From contig JAJZXE010000005.1 of assembly GCA_021802505.1 (NCBI GenBank), forward strand, positions 1 to 44,045: 44,045 nucleotides of DNA, given 5' to 3'. The position numbers were made by a program, and so were the translations under genes. The notes below the pieces were generated by a model, which did not search any database, was not told where the DNA came from, and saw only the letters and a program-made list of their open reading frames with translations. The DNA comes from Nanobdellota archaeon (lineage in GTDB: Archaea > Nanobdellota > Nanobdellia > Parvarchaeales > Parvarchaeaceae). Below are positions 1-9,014 of this stretch, piece after piece (position 1 is the stretch's first letter; every line of letters starts with the position of its first letter).

Positions 1-151
1 CGGTTTCTTCCTTTGCTTTCAGTATGATCTCCCTTCCTTTCGTCTCTGCCTCTTCGACTATCTTTTTCGCCCTTTCGGTCGCTTCCCTTATCTTTCTCTC
101 GGATTCCTCCTCTTTTTCTTTTAATTTCCTTAGGTTCTCTATCCCTTCCAT
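1..151 (-). CDS. atpH: A/V-type ATP synthase subunit H (peripheral stalk), partial; runs off the window edge
   Basis: Not in the ORF track. Read manually from ATG at 151, which overlaps the atpD stop (TGATG): [50 protein letters not shown]..., an E/K/A coiled coil typical of subunit H, in operon position. Confidence 0.85.
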   Translation of the reverse strand, partial: MEGIENLRKLKEKEEESERKIREATERAKKIVEEAETKGREIILKAKEET

Positions 152-765
152 CAGCTTTTTAACCTCTTTATGAATTTTATTGAAACTAAACGATCTCTTT
201 CCATGTCGTCAAGGCTCTGTTTTATGTACTTTATTTTTTCCTTCCACCGCGGTATTATGATATTCTCTATGGAATTCGTCCTCCTGTTCAGTTTGTATAT
301 TTCGTTCAGCAGCTTTCTCATTGCGGTCTCCTTCTCCGCTATCTCTATCAGCATAGAAAGAAAAGAGGAATAGGTGTTCTTTGCGTCGTAAACCGCCGTC
401 GGTATGGTCAGGCTGTCGCTGTTCGTCAGTATATCAATGTTCTGGCTTATGTTTATGTTCGGTATTACCAAGCCCATCACGTTTCTTGCCTTTAGTTCGG
501 CGGTTTTCTCGCTCTGTTCCTGTGCGACTCTTTCTATCGTGATCCTTCCGCTGAGAGCTTCAGCGATCTCTATGCTCTCCCTGCTTTTCATGATGGTGTT
601 CTGCAGATCCGCCTTCATGTTTTCAATCTGTCTTACAAGCTCGAAGAACTCCATTATCAGCGAGGATCGCTTCATTTTAAGAAGATCAAGCCCTCTGCTT
701 GCGGTTTTAATCCTTCTTTTTGTCTCGATCAATTCCCTTCTGGTTACTCTGATGTTTCCTTCCAT
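151..765 (-). CDS. atpD: A/V-type ATP synthase subunit D
   Basis: TRRELI...[27 protein letters not shown] motifs; follows subunit B. Confidence 0.95.
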   Translation of the reverse strand: MEGNIRVTRRELIETKRRIKTASRGLDLLKMKRSSLIMEFFELVRQIENMKADLQNTIMKSRESIEIAEALSGRITIERVAQEQSEKTAELKARNVMGLVIPNINISQNIDILTNSDSLTIPTAVYDAKNTYSSFLSMLIEIAEKETAMRKLLNEIYKLNRRTNSIENIIIPRWKEKIKYIKQSLDDMERDRLVSIKFIKRLKS

Positions 766-2132
766 TTTCCGTATTTCTGTATAAATTCAGGCTTTATCCT
801 CTTTATCTCCTTTTTGTCTATCATGCTTAATAGCTCCCACCCTAAATCCAGCGTGTCATTTATGCTTCTGTCCTCGTCAAAGCCCTGCTTAAGGAAGCGG
901 TTTTCAAATTCATTCGCGAAGTTAAGGTACTGCTTGTCTATGCTGCTCAGTGCATCCTCACCGACGATCTCTGTCAGGCTTCTCAGTTCCTTGCCTTTTG
1001 CATAGGCCGCATACATCTGGTCCGAAACCCCTTTGTGGTCCTCTCTTGTAGAATCCTTTCCTATTCCCTGGTTCATTAATCTGGAAAGAGAAAGAAGTAC
1101 GTCTATGCCGGGATAAATCCCGCTTTTGTCCATGCTCCTGCTTAATACTATCTGACCTTCGGTTATGTAGCCCGTTAGATCAGGAATAGGGTGCGTAATG
1201 TCATCGCTCGGCATGGTAAGTATCGGAAGCTGTGTTACAGACCCCTGTTTGCCTTTCACTTTTCCCGCTCTTTCGAAAAGGCTTGCCAGATCAGTGTACA
1301 GATAACCGGGATAACCTCTTCTTCCCGGAACCTCGTCCCTCGCGGCAGAGATTTCACGCAGAGCCTCCGCGTAGTTCGTCATATCCGTAAGTATCACTAT
1401 CACGTGCGCTCCTTTTTCGTACGCTAAATATTCTGCTGTAGTTAACGCGAGTCTGGGCAGCACTATCCTCTCCATTGAAGGCTCCGCGGCAAGATTCAGG
1501 AATACCACTGACTTTTCCAGTGCGCCGCTTTTTTGGAATTCATTCACGAAGAAGTTGGCGTCCTCGCTGTTTATTCCTATACCGCCGAATACAACGTAGA
1601 ACTCGTCCTTTTCAGAGAGTATCTTAGCCTGCTTTACGATCTGCGCCGCAACCTTGTTGTGTGCCAGACCCGATCCTGAGAATATCGGGAGTTTCTGCCC
1701 CCTTACTAAAGTGTTCATGCAGTCTATCGCCGATATCCCCGTCTGCACAAATTCAGAAGGCTCTTCCCTTGCGTATGGATTTATCGGGTTTCCGTTTATG
1801 TCCGCCTTTTCGTCGCTGAAAACTGGAATTCCGCCGTCCCTCGGTCTGCCTAAACCATCGAATACTCTTCCGACCATGTCCATGCTCACCGGTATCTTGA
1901 ACGTGCTTCCCTTGAATCTGACCTTCGTGCCTTCGGTATTCATCCCGCTCGTATCTCCGAATACCTGTATTATGGTCACGTCTTCATTTGTCGCAAGCAC
2001 CTGTCCGTTTATCTTTCTTCCGTTTTCCAGTTCTATCTCAGCTACTTCGTTGTATGAGGCGTTTTTCACGCCCCTTACAAACAAAAGTACATTGGTCACT
2101 TTTTCAACGGTTTTATATTCAATGCCTTCCAT
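744..2132 (-). CDS. atpB: A/V-type ATP synthase subunit B
   Basis: [56 protein letters not shown] motifs. Confidence 0.98.
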   Translation of the reverse strand: MEGIEYKTVEKVTNVLLFVRGVKNASYNEVAEIELENGRKINGQVLATNEDVTIIQVFGDTSGMNTEGTKVRFKGSTFKIPVSMDMVGRVFDGLGRPRDGGIPVFSDEKADINGNPINPYAREEPSEFVQTGISAIDCMNTLVRGQKLPIFSGSGLAHNKVAAQIVKQAKILSEKDEFYVVFGGIGINSEDANFFVNEFQKSGALEKSVVFLNLAAEPSMERIVLPRLALTTAEYLAYEKGAHVIVILTDMTNYAEALREISAARDEVPGRRGYPGYLYTDLASLFERAGKVKGKQGSVTQLPILTMPSDDITHPIPDLTGYITEGQIVLSRSMDKSGIYPGIDVLLSLSRLMNQGIGKDSTREDHKGVSDQMYAAYAKGKELRSLTEIVGEDALSSIDKQYLNFANEFENRFLKQGFDEDRSINDTLDLGWELLSMIDKKEIKRIKPEFIQKYGKWKETSE

Positions 2133-2133
2133 T

Positions 2134-5100
2134 TTATTTCTCCGAATTCATTTTGCTTATTTCTTCTATGTTCTTTTCTATTTCCTTTATTGCATTATCG
2201 ATATCCTCTTCCTTTGTGTATCTCAGCCTTGCTATTTTCTGTTTCACCGGCAGGGAAACGAGTTTTTCCATTGTAATGTTTCTCGTTAATGCCGCCTTTT
2301 CCGTTTCAAATAGCTGCATTATAATTTTGAGCATTTTATACTGCTTGCTTACCGAGGCATAGGTGTCAACCTCATCGAAAGCGTTTTGCTGAAGGTAATC
2401 CTCCCTTAACGTTTTGGAAATCTCCAGAATAAGCTTGTCAGATTCAGGTAAAGCATCATATCCCACCAGCTGCACTATCTCATTTATCTCCGCCTCTTTC
2501 TGCAGCGTCGCCAAAGCGCTGCCCCTCAGTTCCGGCCAGTCCTGCGCTATGTTCTTCCTGTACCATGCATCTAATCCATCGGTGTAAAGCGAGTAGCTGT
2601 TCAACCAGTTTATCGACGGGAAATGCCTAGCATTCGCCAGCGCTGCATCTAATGCCCAGAAAACCCTTGTCACTCGCAGTGTGTTCTGCGATACCGGCTC
2701 GGATATGTCACCACCTGGAGGAGAAACCGCTCCTATTATAGTTGCAGAGCCTGTTTTTCCGCTGAGAAGTTTTGCGCGTCCGGCTCTTTCATAAAACTCT
2801 CCGATCCTCCTGCCAAGATAAGCGGGATAACCCTCTTCACCGGGCATTTCCTCCAGCCTGCCGGAAAGCTCACGCAGTGCCTCGGCCCATCTGGAAGTAC
2901 TGTCCGCCATCACGGCTACGTTGTAACCCATGTCTCTGTAGTACTCTGCTATAGTTATCCCGGTGTAGATGCTTGCCTCCCTAGCGGCAACGGGCATGTT
3001 TGAAGTGTTTGCGATCAAGATGGTTCTGTCCATCAGCGGCCTGCCGCTCTTTGGATCCTTTAATTCAGGGAATGTAGTCAGTATTTCAGTCATCTCATTT
3101 CCGCGCTCACCGCAGCCAACGTACACTATCACATCCGCGTCGGACCACTTTGCAAGCTGGTGCTGGATTACTGTATTATGGAGAAGAATGGCTCCTTCTC
3201 CCCCGACAAAATTGCTGCCAAACTCAGGAGTTACAACATCATATACATCAAAAGGTCCCGGAATTTCTTCTATCTTTTCTATCCTGTCAAAGTACACAAA
3301 TTCCAGTGCTTTTGCAAGGTAATTTAGCCGTTGTATCTGCAAGACGTTAGAGTGGTTTACCGAAAGAGTTTGTACAAATTTATTAAAGGAATTGACGCTC
3401 ATTTTTTCATTTCCGCCGGTGTAGTTGGTTATTTCTAATCCGTTTGATTTCAGCTCGCTGTAGCTGGAATAGGATCTATATAAATCTTGTACAGTCTGTC
3501 CTTTCAATGGAACTAAATCCACCGCGGTATAAGTATTTCCTTTTGAACTGCAATATGTTTTGATTTTCTCAATTTTTTCGTATTCGTTTTCTTCGGATTT
3601 TACGCTCGAATAGAATTTTTTAAGTTCATTTATGTTCCTTATAAATATCCTGTTTCTATCATTTTCGCTTAGGCTCTTGTTTGTACTGAGGGAATGCAGT
3701 ATTCCCAGCCTGGTCAACAGGTATGACAGTCCTATCGATAACTTTTTACTTGCGGTGGATAATTCTATATTTCCCTTATAATAGCTGCCGTCTCCCAGGT
3801 AGTAGCCCTTTAAAAATGCGGATATAATCTTGTCATTTGATTTCATTATCATTGTAGGTATGTATTTATCAGTAGCAGATCTAGCGTTTATCATTTTTTT
3901 CACAAAGCTGACCAATATTACGCTGTTGACCAGTACATTCGGAGTTTTATCTCTCGGTCTTTCGATTTTACTGTCTAAATTAAATACCTCTTTTATCAGG
4001 TACTTTACCCTATTAAGCAGCTTTTCATCTGAATTGGTGAATACAAACGTGGTTTTTCCCCTCAGATATCCCTCGGCTACATAAAACCCAAGCAGTTCCG
4101 CCAGTTCTTCGGACATGTAATCGGGAATAGTTACTATATTGCCCCTTCTGTCTCCTCTCAGTTTATTTATCCGCGGTAACTTTATATTGAGTGCATCATA
4201 AGCCTGTTTTATCCACTTTATTTTCGGTGCGGGATTATTTTCATTTCTGGTTATCTGGTTTATGATATCCTCTTTCAAACCGCTCTTTATTACCTTCTGT
4301 CTGTTCTTTTTTACCAGCGATTTAAGTTCTGCCTTGATGCTTTCATCGCTTGCCCGGGCCTCTGCAAACAGTGAGTAAACGTCTATATCCTGATCTGTTC
4401 CATTCGTTTTAAATTTCCTTATAGAAACTATATACTCTCCTTCCTTCAGTGAGTTAGCGGGTGTCTCCCTTATCTGGCCGTCCGGATCCAGTCTAAATAA
4501 CTTATGAATAGGCGTTACCTTTACTTTTTTCCCAGTTCTTGTTTTTATTCTTAATACAGAATCGCTTTTTCCTTGATATATGAAATTTGATGCGCTTTCA
4601 GCGACTTTTCCACCGTAGAAAGAACAGGTTTTTAGGGGAGAATCAAGTTTAATCAGCGTTTCATTCTCATCCCGATATTCTATTTTGCCGCTTGATAACG
4701 CCTCTTCATATACTTTCTCTATTGTTTCTATGCTTCCGTCCCCTAAAAGAATCGGCGTATCTCCGGTTACGCACTTACCAGATCCGAAAGGCCCCGGAAC
4801 CGCTGCAGTTCCTCCCATGGCTACCGGAAACATCGTATCTATTACCCTCTGCCCTGTCAACAAAGGTATGAACGGAGGAAGTTTTTCCTTTACCGGACGG
4901 GGAGTTCTCACCGGCCATTTGTTCATCATCTTTATGTTTTCGTTCTTTCCGTCGTTATCCAAAACCATTATCGTGTCTTCAATCGTGTACTCTCCTTCTT
5001 CGGCTATCTTTTTTACTTTTCCTTTTTTATCGGGCGGCAGAAGTATCCTGTGCTTTATAAGCGAGCTCTCTTTTACCTCGCCGATCTCCTCTCCATAATC

Positions 5101-5484
5101 TAGTTCCTGGCCCTCGCTTACTTTGGGTTTGAAATGCCATTTCTTTTCTCTGTCCAGCGAATCTACGGCTACTCCGCTTCCTATGAACGTTCCCTCTTTC
5201 TCCAGGATCTTATCCAACGGTCTTTGTATCCCGTCAAATATGGATCCTATCAAACCGGGGCCTAACTCAACGGACAAAGGCTCGTTTGTATCAATGGCCT
5301 TCTCCTCTACCTTTAATCCGCTGGTGTCTTCATAAACCTGGATTATCGCGTTTTCCCCGTCGAGTTTAACTATCTCCCCCACAAGAGATTTGTCTCCGAC
5401 AAGAACGATATCATTCATCTTAGGATTATCCAATCCCTTCGCAATTACAACCGAACCAGATACGCTTATTACTTTTCCTTCCAT
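2134..5484 (-). CDS. atpA: A/V-type ATP synthase catalytic subunit A, intein-containing precursor (583 aa after splicing)
   Basis: Walker A GPFGSGK|T is split by an insertion; [32 protein letters not shown] motifs. Confidence 0.98.
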   Translation of the reverse strand: MEGKVISVSGSVVIAKGLDNPKMNDIVLVGDKSLVGEIVKLDGENAIIQVYEDTSGLKVEEKAIDTNEPLSVELGPGLIGSIFDGIQRPLDKILEKEGTFIGSGVAVDSLDREKKWHFKPKVSEGQELDYGEEIGEVKESSLIKHRILLPPDKKGKVKKIAEEGEYTIEDTIMVLDNDGKNENIKMMNKWPVRTPRPVKEKLPPFIPLLTGQRVIDTMFPVAMGGTAAVPGPFGSGKCVTGDTPILLGDGSIETIEKVYEEALSSGKIEYRDENETLIKLDSPLKTCSFYGGKVAESASNFIYQGKSDSVLRIKTRTGKKVKVTPIHKLFRLDPDGQIRETPANSLKEGEYIVSIRKFKTNGTDQDIDVYSLFAEARASDESIKAELKSLVKKNRQKVIKSGLKEDIINQITRNENNPAPKIKWIKQAYDALNIKLPRINKLRGDRRGNIVTIPDYMSEELAELLGFYVAEGYLRGKTTFVFTNSDEKLLNRVKYLIKEVFNLDSKIERPRDKTPNVLVNSVILVSFVKKMINARSATDKYIPTMIMKSNDKIISAFLKGYYLGDGSYYKGNIELSTASKKLSIGLSYLLTRLGILHSLSTNKSLSENDRNRIFIRNINELKKFYSSVKSEENEYEKIEKIKTYCSSKGNTYTAVDLVPLKGQTVQDLYRSYSSYSELKSNGLEITNYTGGNEKMSVNSFNKFVQTLSVNHSNVLQIQRLNYLAKALEFVYFDRIEKIEEIPGPFDVYDVVTPEFGSNFVGGEGAILLHNTVIQHQLAKWSDADVIVYVGCGERGNEMTEILTTFPELKDPKSGRPLMDRTILIANTSNMPVAAREASIYTGITIAEYYRDMGYNVAVMADSTSRWAEALRELSGRLEEMPGEEGYPAYLGRRIGEFYERAGRAKLLSGKTGSATIIGAVSPPGGDISEPVSQNTLRVTRVFWALDAALANARHFPSINWLNSYSLYTDGLDAWYRKNIAQDWPELRGSALATLQKEAEINEIVQLVGYDALPESDKLILEISKTLREDYLQQNAFDEVDTYASVSKQYKMLKIIMQLFETEKAALTRNITMEKLVSLPVKQKIARLRYTKEEDIDNAIKEIEKNIEEISKMNSEK
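3175..4773 (-). mobile_element. Intein with LAGLIDADG homing endonuclease (533 aa) in the P-loop of ATPase subunit A
   Basis: Starts CVTGDT right after GSGK; block B VTPIHKL; LAGLIDADG-like motifs LLGFYVAEG and [10 protein letters not shown]; block F VYDVVT; ends LLHN followed by Thr. Removing it restores [13 protein letters not shown]. Confidence 0.95.
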
Positions 5485-5807
5485 TATTTGAATTTTGTTA
5501 TGTCCACCCCCAGTACTCTCCTGGCCAGACCCTCTATCGATTCCTTGCCCAGTTCTAAATTCTCGTTTGGTATAAGCAATACGAGAGGGTCCACCGAAGA
5601 GTTTATCATCATTAATTCGTTTTGATTTGCATGCTGTTTTATATTTTCTTCTGTAATTATTAGGTTATATTCTTTGCTTTTTATCAAGCGTATGACCTCT
5701 TCGAGCGCTTCCTTTCCATTCAAGGTCTTTGAATCATTTATTCCCGCCAGTCTGAGTCCTAAAGCGTCCCTTCTGTCTCCTATGAAAATTATCTTCCTAA
5801 ATTCCAT
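5484..5807 (-). CDS. atpF: A/V-type ATP synthase subunit F
   Basis: [16 protein letters not shown]-terminus and RRVLGVDI C-terminus; position before subunit A. Confidence 0.92.
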   Translation of the reverse strand: MEFRKIIFIGDRRDALGLRLAGINDSKTLNGKEALEEVIRLIKSKEYNLIITEENIKQHANQNELMMINSSVDPLVLLIPNENLELGKESIEGLARRVLGVDITKFK

Positions 5808-6837
5808 ATCCGATATTAACTACCTCTTTTTCTATATTATAATACTTCTTGAACCAGTTTAATCTTATCATATCTCTCTCTATCTCCGCTTCTATTATGA
5901 AGGAAAGGACGGATTCAAGGGATATAGAACTTGCTTTGAAGATCTGCAGATACCTGTCATGCGACTGCCTTTTCAGTTCCACCTCAAAATTAGCGACCAG
6001 TCCCTCTTTTCTGTAGAGTTCCAGAGCCTCGGACAGGTCGAATGGTATATCCTTTATCGCGTCTTCTATTCTCATCTTTGACATTTCAGCCAGCTTTTCA
6101 GTGCTAATTGACCCTCCTTTTATCAGGATGTTCTCCACGGTTTTGTTCATTTCTATCGCCTTGATCACCGTCATTATGTTCCTTATGTCTATCTGGCTCT
6201 GTATGAACCTCAGTATGGGGCCTTCGTTCCCGTTGTAGAATTTGAAGGCCTTGAGCAGGCCGTTGTAATACTCTACATCCAGAGCGGTGGCCATCCCGGA
6301 GACATCCCTGCTCAGCTCCGCGGAAACAGAAAACGGAAGCAGTACCTTCCCATAGTCATATCTCGTCAGGTAGTTTATCACCTCTGCGAGGTCCTTCTGC
6401 TGGATTATGTTCGAGTATTCGTCCTTGCTGAGCATCGGGCTTAGTATGCCCAGCGGAAAGCCCCTGTTGATGGTGAGCATGTTTTCTGTCATCTGCAGAT
6501 CCTTTCCGATAAGCTTTGCCGCAAGTATCAATTTTATGTTTTCTATGTCTATCTTGCTCAGATATGCCCGGATTAAACCTTTTCCGGAGCTCGGCAGCAA
6601 CATAATCGCGTTTTTGCAGTTTCTTAAGAAATGCGTGTTTACGACGATGTCGATGAGATCCTCTTCCCTGTATCTGTTGTAAACCTCATCTATATCCTGC
6701 TTGTAATTGGTACCGCTTAGAATGGCAATAAATTCGTCCTTACTGCTTTCCTTTATCCTGTTGATCTGATCCTTGCTTAAAAGGTCCAGGGAGAGAGCTT
6801 TTATGTGACCGTAAGCTCCAGCATAAGTTGAATCCAT
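5797..6837 (-). CDS. atpC: A/V-type ATP synthase subunit C
   Basis: 346 aa; DIENIKLIL and IDIRNIMTVIKA motifs typical of subunit C; operon position. Confidence 0.9.
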   Translation of the reverse strand: MDSTYAGAYGHIKALSLDLLSKDQINRIKESSKDEFIAILSGTNYKQDIDEVYNRYREEDLIDIVVNTHFLRNCKNAIMLLPSSGKGLIRAYLSKIDIENIKLILAAKLIGKDLQMTENMLTINRGFPLGILSPMLSKDEYSNIIQQKDLAEVINYLTRYDYGKVLLPFSVSAELSRDVSGMATALDVEYYNGLLKAFKFYNGNEGPILRFIQSQIDIRNIMTVIKAIEMNKTVENILIKGGSISTEKLAEMSKMRIEDAIKDIPFDLSEALELYRKEGLVANFEVELKRQSHDRYLQIFKASSISLESVLSFIIEAEIERDMIRLNWFKKYYNIEKEVVNIGYGI

Positions 6838-6840
6838 ATT

Positions 6841-7401
6841 CTAACTAGTTATTTTCTTTAAGACTTCCTGAGCTATGCTTTCCTCCGCGTTTTGTATTAT
6901 CCTGTTCAGTGTCAAATCAACGGATAATCTTCCGTCACTCGATTCTGCGTACACCCCGAATATGCGTTTTTTGGAGGTTTTCACGTTCTTTTCCTTTTTT
7001 CCGAATCTTTCAAAATCTTCGCTGTTCATGTAGATTACCGCATCGGGGCCCAGCTTCTCTTTTGCGGTCTTTATCATTGTTTGAATAACTTTTTCATATT
7101 CCTTTTCCCTGCTGAAATCTTTTTCTCCGCTGTAAAGATTTTTCATGCTCTCCTTAAATGCATCGCTTACGGCTTTTTTGACTATGCTCTCGCTTTCCAC
7201 AAGCATATTTGCCTTTTCCACCCGGTCTCTTTCATCAATTTCTTCCTTAAGCTTTTTTTTGCCCTCGGTTCTTATTCTTTCCGCTCCTTCGTTTGCTTGT
7301 TTAATATAATTATTGGCTTTAAGCTGAGCTTCCATTATTAATTTTTTTATCTTTGTATTCGTCTCTTTCTCTATGTGTTCGGTTATTTTCTCAAGACTCA
7401 T
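6841..7401 (-). CDS. atpE: A/V-type ATP synthase subunit E
   Basis: MSLEKI start, N-terminal coiled coil, C-terminal GVYAESSDGRLSVDLT motif. Confidence 0.9.
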   Translation of the reverse strand: MSLEKITEHIEKETNTKIKKLIMEAQLKANNYIKQANEGAERIRTEGKKKLKEEIDERDRVEKANMLVESESIVKKAVSDAFKESMKNLYSGEKDFSREKEYEKVIQTMIKTAKEKLGPDAVIYMNSEDFERFGKKEKNVKTSKKRIFGVYAESSDGRLSVDLTLNRIIQNAEESIAQEVLKKITS

Positions 7402-7414
7402 ATTCTAATATGCC

Positions 7415-7648
7415 TCACAGTATCTGTAACAGCAAGATCAAACCCAGTACAAAACCGATTATCCAGAGTGTTTCAGGGATTACAAAGAAGAAAAGAACCT
7501 GTCCGAATTTTTCAGGTTTCTCGGCGATTATTCCCATACCGGCCGCACCGATTCCCTGCTGTGCCATTCCGGTACCGATTAAACCGCCCGCTATTGCTAT
7601 TGCAGCGGCTATGGCATATAGAGCGCCTGCATCAGTTGTGACTACCAT
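7415..7648 (-). CDS. atpK: A/V-type ATP synthase proteolipid subunit K (c)
   Basis: Single hairpin, GAAGMGIIAEKPEKFG loop, ion-binding IPET glutamate. Confidence 0.95.
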   Translation of the reverse strand: MVVTTDAGALYAIAAAIAIAGGLIGTGMAQQGIGAAGMGIIAEKPEKFGQVLFFFVIPETLWIIGFVLGLILLLQIL

Positions 7649-7828
7649 AGCATCTTACGTTTTTTTCTATTTTTAAGCTTTGCTGTTTTATCAGTACTTA
7701 AAAAAAGACTTTTACATAGATAACTGGAAAAACACTAAAATGATACGATCTTAACATTTTTATATTCTGGCACCATCCCACCAATAAAATTCTATAACCA
7801 GTCTCGATTACCTTTCGCTCGCCATAAA

Positions 7829-7966
7829 CTACAGATATTTATTTATCTCGTCGAGCAAATAATCCGGTGAAACTAAATCAAATTTATGGCTTATAATTAT
7901 CTCTCTGGACTTATTGTTTTTTATAAGGGCTGCAATAACGCAGTTCGCGTCGATAACTAAAATCAT
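7829..7966 (-). pseudogene. Truncated PIN-domain (VapC-like) toxin
   Basis: ATGA overlap with the upstream antitoxin; reads MILVIDANCVIAALIKNNKSREIIISHKFDLVSPDYLLDEINKYL* (45 aa). PIN N-terminal D-x-N and E motifs are present; I found no C-terminal half in the downstream frames I read. Confidence 0.8.
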
Positions 7967-8184
7967 AGCCTGTGTCTTTTTGCCATGTTCTCTTTGATTT
8001 TATTGCCTATCTCGAGTGCATCTTTTTCAGTTAATTTGCTCTTTGCTAAAATCTTGTCCATAAGTTCCAGTTCCGTCGCTTTTTCCAGCAATGCCTGCCT
8101 AGCGACCTCGCTCCACTTTATTTCTTTATGTTTCTTCATTAACATATTCAGTTCCGGCGAAACTGCCAATGTCATATTTGTCAT
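7963..8184 (-). CDS. Ribbon-helix-helix type antitoxin (VapB-like)
   Basis: MTNMTLAVSPEL...MKKHKEIKWSEVARQAL motif; GGTGA SD at 8190-8194 favours ATG 8184; directly upstream of a PIN remnant. Confidence 0.8.
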   Translation of the reverse strand: MTNMTLAVSPELNMLMKKHKEIKWSEVARQALLEKATELELMDKILAKSKLTEKDALEIGNKIKENMAKRHRL

Positions 8185-8210
8185 ACATATCACCTAAGTA
8201 TAATAAGCAG

Positions 8211-8230
8211 AATAAGTATAAATACTTATT
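8211..8230 (-). promoter_or_regulatory. TATA box within a perfect 9-bp inverted repeat (likely TA autoregulatory operator)
   Basis: AATAAGTAT-AA-ATACTTATT; the minus strand contains TTTATA just upstream of the antitoxin. Confidence 0.6.
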
Positions 8231-8350
8231 TATTTGATATGCGAGTTCAGAGATGTGAAGTGACAACCTCTGGTGAAGGAGGCTGTGAGGTTAATTGGTT
8301 ATTTTTTTATTAAAGATTTATTTAAACTTACTTTAATCACTTTATATGTG

Positions 8351-8376
8351 TTAAAGTTTTTAGCTTAAAACTTTAA
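8351..8376. repeat. Near-perfect 26-bp palindrome in a divergent intergenic region
   Basis: TTAAAGTTTT-TAGCTT-AAAACTTTAA, with 10-bp perfect arms and an AGCT centre. Confidence 0.7.
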
Positions 8377-8524
8377 TAACCTAAAATGTTAGGTCTTAAT
8401 TCTGTTCCTAAGTTTTCTAATTAAGTTACTTTGTTAGCAAAGCCTTTAGAAACGAAAGCTTTAAAAAGGGTGGAATACAGAAAAGTATTTATATTAGTTC
8501 TTTCATATGGTTTATCGTAAACAT

Positions 8525-9010
8525 ATGGAAATAAACTCAATACCGGACGACGTAATCGACTGTCTTTTCGATGCAATAGAAAAGAACAATAAACTATATA
8601 TTATCCTCAAGGAGGATAACAAAGACAATGAAGATAAGATAGAGAAAGTTTTCGGGAAAGACGTCGAATTTTTGGACATGATGGATTTGATCCAGAAAAA
8701 GATGTTTTCCAGTTTGATGGATGCGGTGAGCGTATTCGATAACGAGCCTTTCCTGAACAAATTCGGCTTTAACCAGATAACAGAAATCTTTTACGATCTT
8801 ACGAGACTGGAGCAGAGCAAAAAAATGCTGTTTAATTACGCTTTACTCGGCAGAAGAGGAAAGGAAGGGCTGCTTCAAACCCTGGGAGGAGGACGGCTTA
8901 CAAAAAGCGCCATATTCGTTCCGTCCAGCAGGGCAAAAGAAGCGGAGAATTTTATAAAAAAATGGAATGTAGAATACCTGAAAAAGAGCGTATTCGTTCT
9001 AGGAGGTTAG
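8525..9010 (+). CDS. Hypothetical protein with a C-terminal Cas2/PaaX-like ferredoxin-fold domain
   Basis: IFYDL...FNYALLGRRGKEGLL...RLTKSAIFVP...FIKKWNVEY. ATG 8525 is preferred over 8507 because the TATA box at 8488 is too close to 8507. Ends 4 nt before cdc48. Confidence 0.6.
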   Translation: MEINSIPDDVIDCLFDAIEKNNKLYIILKEDNKDNEDKIEKVFGKDVEFLDMMDLIQKKMFSSLMDAVSVFDNEPFLNKFGFNQITEIFYDLTRLEQSKKMLFNYALLGRRGKEGLLQTLGGGRLTKSAIFVPSSRAKEAENFIKKWNVEYLKKSVFVLGG

Positions 9011-9014
9011 TGAT

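Noticed and set aside
8195-8506. Possible replication origin in the AT-rich intergenic region
   Set aside because: No recognisable ORB repeats and no adjacent cdc6/orc1 gene; divergent promoters explain much of it.
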